DNA from: an uncultured Acidobacteriota bacterium
GTDB lineage: Bacteria; Acidobacteriota; Thermoanaerobaculia; UBA5066
Direction: 5' to 3'
NCBI GenBank assembly: GCA_963779415.1
Contig: CAVZYA010000002.1
Location: forward strand, 1,184,001-1,248,000
Length of the DNA stretch: 64,000 nt
Under the pieces are notes generated by a model. The model worked only from the letters and a program-made list of their open reading frames with translations, was not told where the DNA came from and made no database searches. The position numbers and the translations under genes were made by a program. Below, one piece after another: positions 41,537 through 51,988 of this stretch (positions within the stretch are counted from its first letter, which is position 1; each line of letters starts with the position of its first letter).

Positions 41537-42199
41537 TCAGGCGCGGGGCGGGACGACGTAGAGGAGGATCGCGACGTAGTGGCAGGCGCTCCCGGCGAGG
41601 ACGAAGACGTGCCAGACCGGATGCGCCCAGCGGAATCTCCGGTCCATGGCGTAGAAGGCGACTCCGACCGAGTAGATGACCCCCCCCGCGACGAGCCAGG
41701 CGACGCCGGCCGGCGGCAGGGCGGCCGTCAGCGGCTTCCACGCCACGACGATGCACCACCCCATGACGAGATAGAGCGCCGTCGAGAGGACGGGGAGCTT
41801 CCCGGTCCAGAGCGACTTGAAGACGATGCCGAGGACGGCGAGCGACCAGACGACGCCGAAGAGAGACCATCCCCACGCCCCCTGGAGCTTGACGAGGAGG
41901 AATGGCGTGTAGCTCCCGGCGATGACGAGGAAGATCGCCGCGTGGTCGAGCCTCCGGAAGACCCCCTTCACGCGCGGGCCCCGGAAGGCGTGGTAGAGCG
42001 TCGAGACCGTGTAGAAGAGGACGAGGCTCGCGGCGAAGACGCTGCAGGAGACGACGACCCAGGCGTCGCCCCGAAGGGACGCGAGCGTGATCAGGACGGC
42101 GGCGCCCGCCGCGAAGATCACCGCCCCGACGCCGTGCGTGACGGCGTTGGCGATCTCCGCGGCGCGGGAGGCGGGAACGCGGGGGCGGGCGGTTCTCAT
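41537..42199 (-). CDS. Hemolysin III / PAQR family membrane protein (TrhA/YqfA-like)
   Basis: EIANAVTHG, STLYH, LDHAAIFLVIAGSYTP, HPVWHVFVLAGSACHY. Confidence 0.93.
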   Translation of the reverse strand: MRTARPRVPASRAAEIANAVTHGVGAVIFAAGAAVLITLASLRGDAWVVVSCSVFAASLVLFYTVSTLYHAFRGPRVKGVFRRLDHAAIFLVIAGSYTPFLLVKLQGAWGWSLFGVVWSLAVLGIVFKSLWTGKLPVLSTALYLVMGWCIVVAWKPLTAALPPAGVAWLVAGGVIYSVGVAFYAMDRRFRWAHPVWHVFVLAGSACHYVAILLYVVPPRA

Positions 42200-42475
42200 C
42201 CCTCTGATCTCGCCCCCATGATGCGCCTGTTTCGTCTCTGCCTCCTTCTCTCGACGTTCCACCTCGTCCGGTGAGAAGACCTTTGTGCAGGAACCGTCGC
42301 CTCGGGGCTAGAATGCCCGCAGAAGGATCGCCACAGACAGTTCTCGCGCGATACGTCCGGTTCCACGGAAGGCTTCCACAGACGGCATTGGTTCCATTCG
42401 AGATGGTCGAACGCATTATTCCGTCTCGCCACGACCCGTCATCCGGGGAAACGCTCTGCGGCAGAGGAGGAGACT

Positions 42476-43986
42476 ATGAGTTCATCGGCAGCTCGCGTTC
42501 GTGGTTTCGTCCCGCTCCTCGCGATTGCCCTGGGCCTCTCGTTCCCGGCGACCGCCCAGATCCAGGTCTTTTCGACCGGCGGATACGTGACTCCGGAGAC
42601 AATTTCACTCGCGCCGAGCGGATTCGGGGCGTACGGCGGGAGCTACTTCATCCCGGATGCCTCCACGGGCAACATCTGGATCTTGCCGGCCACCGGAGGT
42701 CCTCCCGCCGCGTTCCTGACCCCTCCGACCGGCGTGAGCGTCATCGGAGGAATCTTTCTTCCGTCGGGCTGGGGCCCCGATTCGGGAAAATTCGTGGTCG
42801 CTGCCGCGACATCCGCCGAACAGACTGCCGCGCTCCTTCGCTTCGACAGCGATGGCAACAGGAATCCTGTCGCCGCAGGGGACGGTATCTTCTCGACGCC
42901 GATGATTTCGCCGGCGAATTTCGGGATCTGGGTGGCCACCTCTTCGTCACCGATGAGTACAATGGCGTCTGGCGGCTCGCTCCCTCCGGACGACTCGCTG
43001 AAGCCTTTTTACCTGGATCGGTCTTTCGCGACCGGCCCGTTTGGCCTCGAATTCGCCCCCTCCGGTTGGGGTGCTTTCGGGAATCGCATGCTGGTCAGCG
43101 ACTCGTACACAAGCAACCCCGACGACCTGGCCCGAAAGCGAGCTATATCGTCGCCGTCTCCGCGGACGGAAACTCGAGCAGCATCTTCGCGACCGTGCCG
43201 CTCCCGGAGGTCCGAAGAACGGCCTGAGGCAGATGCTAATGGACCCGAACGACTATTTCCGGATTCGCTCGGGATCCCCGGAAGGCTTCTCCTGGTCTCC
43301 GTCAGCGGCTCTCCGAATGGTCTAGGCTATCTCGGAGAGCTGCTGGCTCTCGACGCGACGGGCACGATCGTGGCGCATCTGCAGGTGGGGAGCATTCTGG
43401 CGAAGTTCGACCCCCGCGGAATGCTATAACGAGCGACGGGCATCTCCTGGTCAGCGATGCAACCGATCCCATTCTGCAGGCCACGGCCCACGACTTCCTC
43501 CCCGGCCGGGGAGAGATCTCATCCTCCCCAAGACGTCAAGCAGGACGTCCTGACTCAGTTGATCACGCTGCGCGCGACGATCACCGACAAGCAGGACGGG
43601 AAGAAGCTCGACGACGCGATCGGTCATCTGACGAAGTCGATTGACCAGGTCTCTGGCTCGGTTCCTCTCATCTGCAGCCCGCGTCGGGCGCGACGGTCTT
43701 CAACGAAGAGAAGGACGCGGTCAACAAGCTGAATGGCCTGGTCAAAGACAAGCACAGCACGGTCCCCGGCGCCACGCTGCAGGGGTTCATCGACCGGCTC
43801 GTGCGGGCGGATGCGGCCCTTGCGCTCGTGGCCATCAACGACGCGTTCGCGGCGCACGTCGACGCGAAGAGAATCGCCCAGGCCAACCAGGAGCTGATGA
43901 ACGGGAACGTTCAGGCCGCGAACGGGAATCCGGAGAGCGCCATCGAGCAGTACCGCAATGCCTGGAGCCATGCGGTGAAGGGCTGA
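42476..43986 (+). CDS. Secreted hypothetical protein (beta-propeller-like N-terminus, helical C-terminus), several frameshifts
   Basis: Signal peptide; coding-like segments across ORFs 42476..43429, 43457..43732 and 43801..43986 in shifting frames. Confidence 0.55.
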
Positions 43987-45843
43987 GTCCCGCTGGAGTC
44001 GGCGCCGCAGGCGGCCGGCGGGCCGCGCCCGGAGGCGGGCCGTCGAGGCGCGCCCGCGCCTTCTCGTCGCGCGAGAGGTTCCAGAGGATCAGGACGAACG
44101 CGACGATCGCGACGTCGACGAGCGAGAGGCCGAGAAGGAGCTGTCCGAAGACGAGCTTCCCGATCCCGAAGAGCGCCGAGTAGACGAGGACGATCCCGAG
44201 GAGCCAGTTCACGAGCGACATCGCCCCGCCGGGGATCGGCTCGCGCCCGAGGCCGAGCCGCCTCGAGACCGCGGCCCACCCGGGCCCGCCCGGCCGGACC
44301 CGCCGGTAGAACGCGTCGAGCGTGGCGTCGGGCTCGGGCTTCGTCAGGAACGTCACGGCCACCCAGACGACCGTCGAGATGGCCACGGTGACGAGCATGA
44401 CGAGCGCCTGGACGCGGAACTCCTCCGCGTCGAAGAGGGCGTGCCCGCGCGGGTAGGGGTTCCGGATCATCGCCATGGCGGCCGAGCGAGACGACCATCG
44501 AGGAGAGCATGGCGCTGATCTCGCTCCAGGCGTTGATCCGCCACCAGTACCACCGGAGGATCAGGACGAGGCCTGTCCCGCTTCCGAGCGCGAGGAGGAA
44601 CCGCCACGCCTTCTCGATCGTCGTCAGGTTCATCGTCACGACGATCGACGCGAGGAAGAGGAAGACCGTCGTCAGCCGTCCGACGAGGACGTAGTGCTTC
44701 TCGCCCGCCCCCTTCTTCAGGAACCGCTTGTAGATGTCGCCGACGAGATAGCTCGCCCCCCAGTTCAGGTGGGTCCCGACCGTGGACATGTAGGCCGCCG
44801 CGAAGCCGGCCAGCATGAACCCCTTCCACCCGGACGGCATCAGGTCGACCATGGCCTGCACGTAGGCCGCCTCACGGTCCATCTTCCCGCCGACGAGGAC
44901 GCCGCCGGGGTAGAGGAGGACGGTGCAGAGGCCGGTCACGATCCAGGGCCACGGGCGCAGGGCGTAGTGCCCGACGTTGAAGAAGAGCGTCGCGAGGACG
45001 CCGTCCTTTTCCGTTCGCGCGGAGAAGATCCGCTGCGCGACGTAGCCGCCGCCCCCCGGCTCGGCGTCCGGGATACCACGCGGCCCACCACTGGACGGCG
45101 AGGAACGTCAGCATCGCGATGGCCGGCATCCAGACCGAGCCGGCGGGCGGCAGGACGGAGAGCGCGGCGTCGGCGCTGCCGAAGTGCGCGGCGAGGCCGT
45201 CGCGAAGGGCCCCCATCCCGCCGACCTTCTTCACGGCGAACCAGGCGAGGACGATGACCGCCGACATCTTGATGACGAGCTGGACGAGGTCCGTCCAGAG
45301 GACGGCCCACATCCCCGCCGCCGCCGAGTAGCCGACGGTGATGACGAAGCAGAGGCCGACGGCGAGGACCGGGTCGATGCCGAGCGACACCTGCAGGATC
45401 TTCACCATCGCGAGCGTCACCCAGCCGAGGATGATCAGGTTGATCGGCAGCGCGAGGTAGAGCGCCCGGAAGCCGCGGAGGAACGTCGCGGGGGAGCCGC
45501 TGTAGCGGATCTCGGCGAACTCCACGTCCGTCATCACGTTCGCCCGCCGCCAGAGGCGCGCGTAGAGGAAGACGGTGAGCGTCCCGCTCATCACCATGTT
45601 CCACCAGAGCCAGTTCCCGGCCACGCCGTGCGCGGCCACGAGCCCCGTCACGACGAGCGGCGTGTCGGCGGCGAAGGTCGTCGCGATCATCGCGGCGCCG
45701 GCCAGCCACCAGGGGACGGCGCGCCCCGCCACGAAGTACTCGGAGAGCGACTCGCCTCCCTTCTTCGTGAACCGGATCCCGACGCCGATCGAGAGGGCGA
45801 AGTAGGCGAAGACGATGCCCCAGTCGAGGAAGGAGAGCGTCAT
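43835..45843 (-). CDS. Sodium:solute symporter (SSS) family, frameshifts near 45065 and 44480; 3' end uncertain
   Basis: LSEYFVAGRAVPWW, ATTFAADTPL, AVLWTDLVQ, AAYMSTVGTHLNWG, LRWYWWRINAWSEISAM. Confidence 0.88.
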
Positions 45844-45913
45844 GCGGCGAGGATACGCGGGCGGGACCTTCTGAATAGTAGAATCAGTCTCAACAATTGA
45901 AAGGAGAAATCCG

Positions 45914-46486
45914 ATGAGAATCCGTACGATCCGTTTCTTCGCTCCTGCGGTCGCGTGTCTTCTTGCCGCCCCCGTCCTCCGCGCCGCCGACAAGCCGATG
46001 GCGCCGCCGAAGCCCGCCCCCGAGATGGCCCAGCTCGCCTATTTCGCCGGGACGTGGGCGTGCTCGGGGAAGACGTTCGCGAGCCCGATGGGGCCCGAGC
46101 ACGCAACGGCAGGGACCGTCCATGCGGTGTCCGCCCTTGGAGGGTTCTGGACCGTCGTCCACTACGACGAGAAGAAGACCGCCGCGAACCCCATGCCCTA
46201 TCACGCGGCGGTGTTCATGGGCTATGACGCGGCGGAGAAGGTCTTCGTCGAGCGCTGCTACGACAGCTTCGGCGGCTACTGCAGCGAGACCTCGAAGGGG
46301 TGGTCCGGGGACACCCTCGCCTTCGAGGGTCCGGCGATGGGGATGGGGCCGCAGATGAATTCCCGCGACACTTTCCTCAAGAAGGGTGCCTCCGAAATGG
46401 TCCACACTGGCGAGATGCAGGGCCCCGACGGAAAGTGGATGAAGCTGGACGAGGAGACCTGCACGAAGGCCGCGGCGAAGAAGTAA
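45914..46486 (+). CDS. Exported DUF1579-like beta-barrel protein
   Basis: AGGAG SD, signal peptide, PAPEMAQLAYFAGTW, LGGFW, MGYD. Confidence 0.75.
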   Translation: MRIRTIRFFAPAVACLLAAPVLRAADKPMAPPKPAPEMAQLAYFAGTWACSGKTFASPMGPEHATAGTVHAVSALGGFWTVVHYDEKKTAANPMPYHAAVFMGYDAAEKVFVERCYDSFGGYCSETSKGWSGDTLAFEGPAMGMGPQMNSRDTFLKKGASEMVHTGEMQGPDGKWMKLDEETCTKAAAKK

Positions 46487-46613
46487 CCGGAGCCGTGCCG
46501 GCGGCGATCCGGCGCGTAAACCTGTAAGCCGTGTCACCGGGGATCTCGCGGGGGGATTGACTCGACCCCGGCAGTCGGAATTAGGATATGGAAAGCTGTT
46601 CGGTCGAAACCCG

Positions 46614-47006
46614 ATGGCCCTGATGCCGTACCGGGCCGCCCCGTCCACGATCGCGGCTCTCGAGGAGCTGCTGGAGAAGCTCCGGAGCGAGGACGCCTCC
46701 GAGGACCTTCTCTCGGACGAAATGGCTCTTTTCATCATGCGTTTCGGCGGTCACTTGGCGGCGGACTCCCGGGGCGTGAGCACGCGCACGCTCCGCCGGC
46801 AGTTCGAGCGGCTCGGCATTACCCTCTCGGAACACATGACGAGGAAACGTCGCGTGCTGGCGTTGTCCCTTCTGGCGGACGGCACCCCGATCCGCGAGAT
46901 CGCGAGGCGCCTCGGCTTCGCCTCCGCCCAGACCTTCGCCCGCTTCGTCCACCGGGAGTTCGGTACCACGGCCACGGTCCTCCGCCGGCGGTTCGCCGGG
47001 CGCTGA
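46614..47006 (+). CDS. AraC-type HTH DNA-binding protein lacking a sensor domain
   Basis: GVSTRTLRRQFE..G, PIREIARRLGFASAQTFARFVHREFGTT. Confidence 0.82.
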   Translation: MALMPYRAAPSTIAALEELLEKLRSEDASEDLLSDEMALFIMRFGGHLAADSRGVSTRTLRRQFERLGITLSEHMTRKRRVLALSLLADGTPIREIARRLGFASAQTFARFVHREFGTTATVLRRRFAGR

Positions 47007-47117
47007 CCCGACCGAGATCCGGTCTCATTTGTCCTCCCGGGCAACGGTTGTCCTCTCAAGCAACTCGACACGCGCGAAAGAGGGCCCAAGTTATCCGGGT
47101 AGAAGGGGGGCGTTCCG

Positions 47118-48608
47118 ATGAGCCCGAAAAAGACGTCCGCGAAGAAGGCGAAAACTCACTCTGCCACCACCCCGAAGAAACCCGGGAAGTCCGTTCCGTC
47201 CGGAGTCTCCGCGTGGGAGGACGATCCCGGAGCGCCGGGTGCGAAGCCGAACAAGCCGATCACGGTTCCGGCTCCGGCTCTCGGCCAGTCCCCCTATCCG
47301 CTCGCGATGTCCGGGCCGGCGCCTGCCGCGAAGGTCTATCCGAAGGGGACGGCGGAATTCCGGTACTGGAATGCGGCCGCCGCCGCTCGCCGGGGAGCGG
47401 GGCTGTGGGGCGGCATCGTCCCGGCGGGGACCGGCTGGCAACCGGGCGGAACGCTCCGCGTCACGCTCGACCACGGCACCGACCTGAACGCCTACTACGA
47501 CCGGAAGGGGCTCTGGTTCTTCCACGCCACGGTGAAGGGCACGACGATTTACTCGGGCGAAAGTCCGGACGTCCTCTGTCACGAACTGGGCCACGCCATC
47601 CTCGACTCGGTCCGCCCGCAGCTCTGGGACGCCATGAGCGCCGAGGTCGCGGCCTTCCACGAGTCGTTCGGGGACATGAGCGCGCTCCTCTGCGGGCTCC
47701 AGGTCCCCTCGCTCCGGCAGGCGGTCCTCACCGAGACGGGGGGGACGCTTTATCACAGCTCGCGCCTTTCCCGTCTCGCCGAGCAGCTCGGTTGGGCCAT
47801 CCGGCAGACGCAGCCGGATGCCGCCGACGCCGACTGCCTCCGGAATGCGGTCAACTCGTTCTTTTACCGCGACCCGCTCACGATTCCGCACTCCGGTCCG
47901 GTGACGGAGCTGACCTCCGAGCCGCACAGCTTCTCCCGCGTCTTCACCGGAGGCTTCTTCGAGGCGCTGTCGGGGATGGTCGGCACCCTTTCGCACCCGG
48001 CCACCGACGCCGCCCTCGCGACCGCCAGTCGCGACGCGGCCCTCCTCCTGATCGACGCCGTACGGGCCGCTCCGGTCGTCCCCGCCTATTACAGCCAGGT
48101 GGCCTCTCTGATGCTGGCCGCCGACCACGATCACTTCGGCGGAAAGTACACGGCGGCCGTGAAGAGCGCCTTCGTCCGGCGCGGGATCCTCTCGCTCGCC
48201 GCCGCGGCGTCTCTCCGTCCCGCCGCCGCCTCCGCCGCTCGCCGCAGCGTCCTCACGGCCGGCAAGCCGGTTTCGCCCGCAGGCCTCGTTTCCGTCGCGT
48301 TCGACGCGGAGGAGTTCGCCCTCGGCAAAGGGAAAGTCCATGTCCTTACCGCATCGGCCCAGCCGCTCCTCCGCGTCCGTTCGTCGGCGCCCTCCTCCGG
48401 CCCGGCGGCGGATTCTTCGGGAGAGGACGTGGCTCGCTCTTTCCTCGCATACCTGTTCCGGCGCGGGCGCGTCGACCTCGGCGCGCACGGCGACTCGGAG
48501 GTCCGCGTCGAGCACGCGATTGCCCGGAAGACGCACGACCTGGTCTCACGGAACGGGGAGCTTGCGATCGTCCGCCGGACCTTCGACTGCGGCTTCGACT
48601 GCTTCTGA
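47118..48608 (+). CDS. Thermolysin-like (M4/M36) zinc metallopeptidase without signal peptide
   Basis: LNAYYD, DVLCHELGHAILD (HExxH), AFHESFGD (third ligand E), EPHSFS; Lys-rich N-terminus. Confidence 0.85.
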   Translation: MSPKKTSAKKAKTHSATTPKKPGKSVPSGVSAWEDDPGAPGAKPNKPITVPAPALGQSPYPLAMSGPAPAAKVYPKGTAEFRYWNAAAAARRGAGLWGGIVPAGTGWQPGGTLRVTLDHGTDLNAYYDRKGLWFFHATVKGTTIYSGESPDVLCHELGHAILDSVRPQLWDAMSAEVAAFHESFGDMSALLCGLQVPSLRQAVLTETGGTLYHSSRLSRLAEQLGWAIRQTQPDAADADCLRNAVNSFFYRDPLTIPHSGPVTELTSEPHSFSRVFTGGFFEALSGMVGTLSHPATDAALATASRDAALLLIDAVRAAPVVPAYYSQVASLMLAADHDHFGGKYTAAVKSAFVRRGILSLAAAASLRPAAASAARRSVLTAGKPVSPAGLVSVAFDAEEFALGKGKVHVLTASAQPLLRVRSSAPSSGPAADSSGEDVARSFLAYLFRRGRVDLGAHGDSEVRVEHAIARKTHDLVSRNGELAIVRRTFDCGFDCF

Positions 48609-48644
48609 GGCGGGGGACTATGATCGGTGCCGGGAGGCTTTCCG

Positions 48645-48896
48645 ATGCCCAGAGCGAGATCGAAGAAGAAGGCCGGAAGCCCCCGCGGCAAGAGGGCGAA
48701 GCCGGACCGGATCCCGAAGGGCGTGAGCCGGCACTTCGCCGAAGGGCTGATCGCGCGAGGCGAGGCCGTCCCCGAGCCTTCGGCCGGCGCAGAGCTTCCG
48801 CCCGGGGCGACGCACACCTTCGAGCCCGAAGCGGCAAAGAACGGGACGTTCCCGCCGACGGGCCGTCTGCGCCGCCGCCGCTTCTCTCTCCTCTAG
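48645..48896 (+). CDS. Small basic hypothetical protein resembling the C-terminal domain of the upstream peptidase
   Basis: GGAGG SD; RHFAEGLIARGEA...GATH...LRRRRFSLL. Confidence 0.7.
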   Translation: MPRARSKKKAGSPRGKRAKPDRIPKGVSRHFAEGLIARGEAVPEPSAGAELPPGATHTFEPEAAKNGTFPPTGRLRRRRFSLL

Positions 48897-48963
48897 ACCC
48901 TCTTCGGCCGCCACTGGGCAATCCGGCCGGCGGAGTCCCTTGCGCGGCGGCAGGACGGACGCC

Positions 48964-51251
48964 ATGAGAGACGACACTCTCTCGCCTCCCGTCGACCTTC
49001 CGCCCCGGTTTCGCCCGCGGACGGACTTCCATGCGCTCTCGGTCCGCGACCTCGTCGACGCCCGCGACGCCTATCACGTCCACTTGTCGAACAAGGAGCA
49101 CGTCATCGGGACGGCCATCGGGCTCTACCGGATCCGAAGAGGGGACTTCTTCGAAAAGAATCCTCCCGGTACGCTTCGCCCTCCGAACGACGAGCGGCTT
49201 TCGGGACCGAGGGATCTCTTCAACTCCGTCGTCGTCCCCTGGTCGTGGCCGTCTGTCCTCGTCTTCGTCGAGCGGTGGGTGGACCGGAACGCCTGGCGGA
49301 GCGGGGCCGCGGGCGCCGCGATGGAGCCCGATCAGTTCATCCCGCGGTATCTCTACCTCCCGGATGGCCGCATCGTCCCCACGTGTGTCGTCCTCCTCCG
49401 GCGCGTCGACACCCGCCCCGCGGCCCCACCGCCCGTCTCGTTTCCCAAGGAGTTCGTCGGCGGCGGCTACCCGCTCCTCACGTCGGTGCAGGGACGCCAG
49501 CGGGTCGGATCGGTCGGCTGCCTCGTGACGGACGGGCACAACACGTTCGCCCTGACGAATCGGCACGTGACGGGCGACGACGGGGCGCCGGTGACGACGG
49601 TCCTCGGCGGACACGAGGTCGTGATCGGCTCGGCCAGCTCGCAGGTGCTGGGGAAACGCCGCTTCGACCAGGTCTACGAACCCTGGCCGGGCCGGCGGGT
49701 CTTCGTGAACCTGGACGTGGGCCTCGTGAAGGTGAACGACCTCTCCCAGTGGACCACGCAGGTGCTGGGACTCGGGACGCTCGCCGGCCCCGTGGACCTG
49801 AACACCGACACGATCTCGCTTTCGCTCGTCGACCAGCGGGTGGAGGCCTTCGGCGCCGTTTCGGGGCCGCTCTCGGGACGCATTGCCGCACTCTTCTATC
49901 GCTACCAGGAGATCGGCGGATTCGAGTACGTCTCCGACCTTCTGATCGCTCCGGACAGCGGGTCCGAGACCCTGCCGGGCGACTCGGGGACTCTCTGGTG
50001 CCTCGTCCAGGAGGGCGAGTCGGCGAGCCACCACCCGATCGCCCTCGAGTGGGGGGGGAGCGGATCGAGGAGACGGGGACGGACCGGGCGCGCAGCTACA
50101 CGCTCGCGACGTTCGTCAGCACGATCCTCCGGGAGCTCGAGCTCGACCTGGTCCGCGACTGGAACGTGGGCCTTCCCTACTACTGGGGGGCGCTGGGACA
50201 CTACACGATTGCCGCCCGCGCCTGCTCGGCCGTGACAGGCTCGCTCAAGACACTTCTCGGGGCGAATCTCGAGCGGGTCACCTACCCGGACGCGCGGCTC
50301 TTGCCTTCGACGTTCCAGGGCCTTTCGAAACGGGACTTCGTCCCTCTGGCCGACGTGCCCGACTACGTCTGGAAGACGCCGGGCGGCCCCGCGCAGCGAA
50401 AGACGGAAAACCCGTCCCACTTCGCGGACATGGACAAGCCTCTCCCCGACGCCCCGAACAAGGGAAAGACACTGCTCGATCTCTGTGCCGACCCGCAGAA
50501 CGTGACGCCGGAGTTCTGGAAGAGCTACTACGGCCGCGTACACGATACGAGCAAGGGGACGCTGCCGTTCCGTGTCCGGCAGGTCTACGAGGAGATGGTG
50601 GCCGCGGCCGCCGGGCGGGACGTCGCCCGTTACGTCGCGGCCGCCGGCATCCTCGCCCACTACGTCGGCGATGCCTGCCAGCCGCTCCACATCTCATACC
50701 TGTTCAACGGCGATCCCGATCGGACAGAGGACGGCGCCACGTTCGGCAAAGGCGTCCACGGTGCGTACGAGGCTTCGATGATCAACGCCCACGGGCCGGA
50801 GATTCTCGCAGGCGTTTCGGCGGGGCTCGCGGGTACGTCTCTTCCGGCGAAGCTCGCCGGGGGGCAGGCCGCGGCTCTCGCGACGGTCGACCTCATGTCC
50901 GGCACGTTCCAGAACCTCAAGCCGATGGAGATCGTCGACGCCTATGCCGCCGGGAAGGACCTCTGGTCCCTTTTCGGCCCGGGCACGATCACGACCCTCG
51001 TGCAGGGAGTCCGGACGCTCGCGGGCCTCTGGCAGAGCGCGTGGGAGGAGGGGAACGGGGACGGCATCCCGGCGTCGAAGCTCGGGGCCGTGCCGGAATC
51101 CGAACTCGTCCGCCTTTACGGCGATCCGGGTTTCCTTCCGTCCCTCACCCTCGACCAGTTCGTCGCCGGAGCGGGAGGCGCAAAGCCGAAACCCTCGTCC
51201 GGCGTCGGAAGAAAGACATCGCAAACGGGGAAGCCGAAGAAGAAGTCGTAG
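48964..51251 (+). CDS. Trypsin-like (Nal1-like) serine protease fused to an S1/P1 nuclease (phospholipase C/P1 fold) domain, about 762 aa, frameshift at the G8 run 50051-50058
   Basis: Triad LTNRHV / DVGLV / PGDSG in ORF 48940..50235. Adding one G continues into WGALGHYTIA, DVPD, HFADMD, AHYVGDACQPLH, VHGAYE in ORF 49245..51251. Confidence 0.85.
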
Positions 51252-51306
51252 GAACTCACTCCCGGGGCCGGGCCGGCTGCCCGTCTTCTGGGAAAAGGAG
51301 GATCGA

Positions 51307-51984
51307 ATGAATTTCGAGGTCGTCCTCGCCGCATGCCTCGTGGCCGGCGTCGTCTTCGCGGCGATGGCCGTCTGGCTGACGACCCGCAAGGGAAACACGA
51401 TCAGCGACGTCCTGAACTCGCAGCACTTCCAGAACGCCGAGGCCCTCCGGGTGGAGGTCCTCGACAAGGTGAAGGTCTCGTCGAACCTGCCGATCGTCGG
51501 CCTCTATCTGGTCGCGGCCGTCGTCGCCATCGGCTTCCCGGCCTTCCTCTACTGGTACAGCCACCGCGCGTCCTTCGTCGTGGTCTTCCTGTCCGGCTCG
51601 TTCCAGGGGGCGGTGCCCGCGAGCACGTCCAGGCTCTACGTCGTCTCCCATGATTCGCTCGTCGACCCCGGGGCCGGGAGCTTCACGGTGCCTCTCGTCT
51701 TTAGAGACACGCAGCCCCGGCACGACCTGATGATCGAGAGTCGTGACTACCTTCCCGTCGGCGTCTCGGTGACGCTGGACCGGGCGTCGGACACCCTCAA
51801 GGTGCGCTACCAGAATTCGCCAAACGAGGCGTCCGTTCACCTGCAGAATTTCGCCGGGGAACTGCCGGCGTCGATCACGCTCTCTCCCGCCCAGCCTCTG
51901 CTCGAGCCGCCGCCGAACCAGCCCTCCCCGGCACCGGCGCTGCCGGCGACCCTCGCCGCGGCGGTCCCCCCCGCCGAGGGGTGA
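51307..51984 (+). CDS. Membrane protein (2 TM) with C-terminal beta-rich domain and Pro-rich tail
   Basis: AGGAGG SD; two hydrophobic helices. Confidence 0.7.
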   Translation: MNFEVVLAACLVAGVVFAAMAVWLTTRKGNTISDVLNSQHFQNAEALRVEVLDKVKVSSNLPIVGLYLVAAVVAIGFPAFLYWYSHRASFVVVFLSGSFQGAVPASTSRLYVVSHDSLVDPGAGSFTVPLVFRDTQPRHDLMIESRDYLPVGVSVTLDRASDTLKVRYQNSPNEASVHLQNFAGELPASITLSPAQPLLEPPPNQPSPAPALPATLAAAVPPAEG

Positions 51985-51988
51985 AGCC

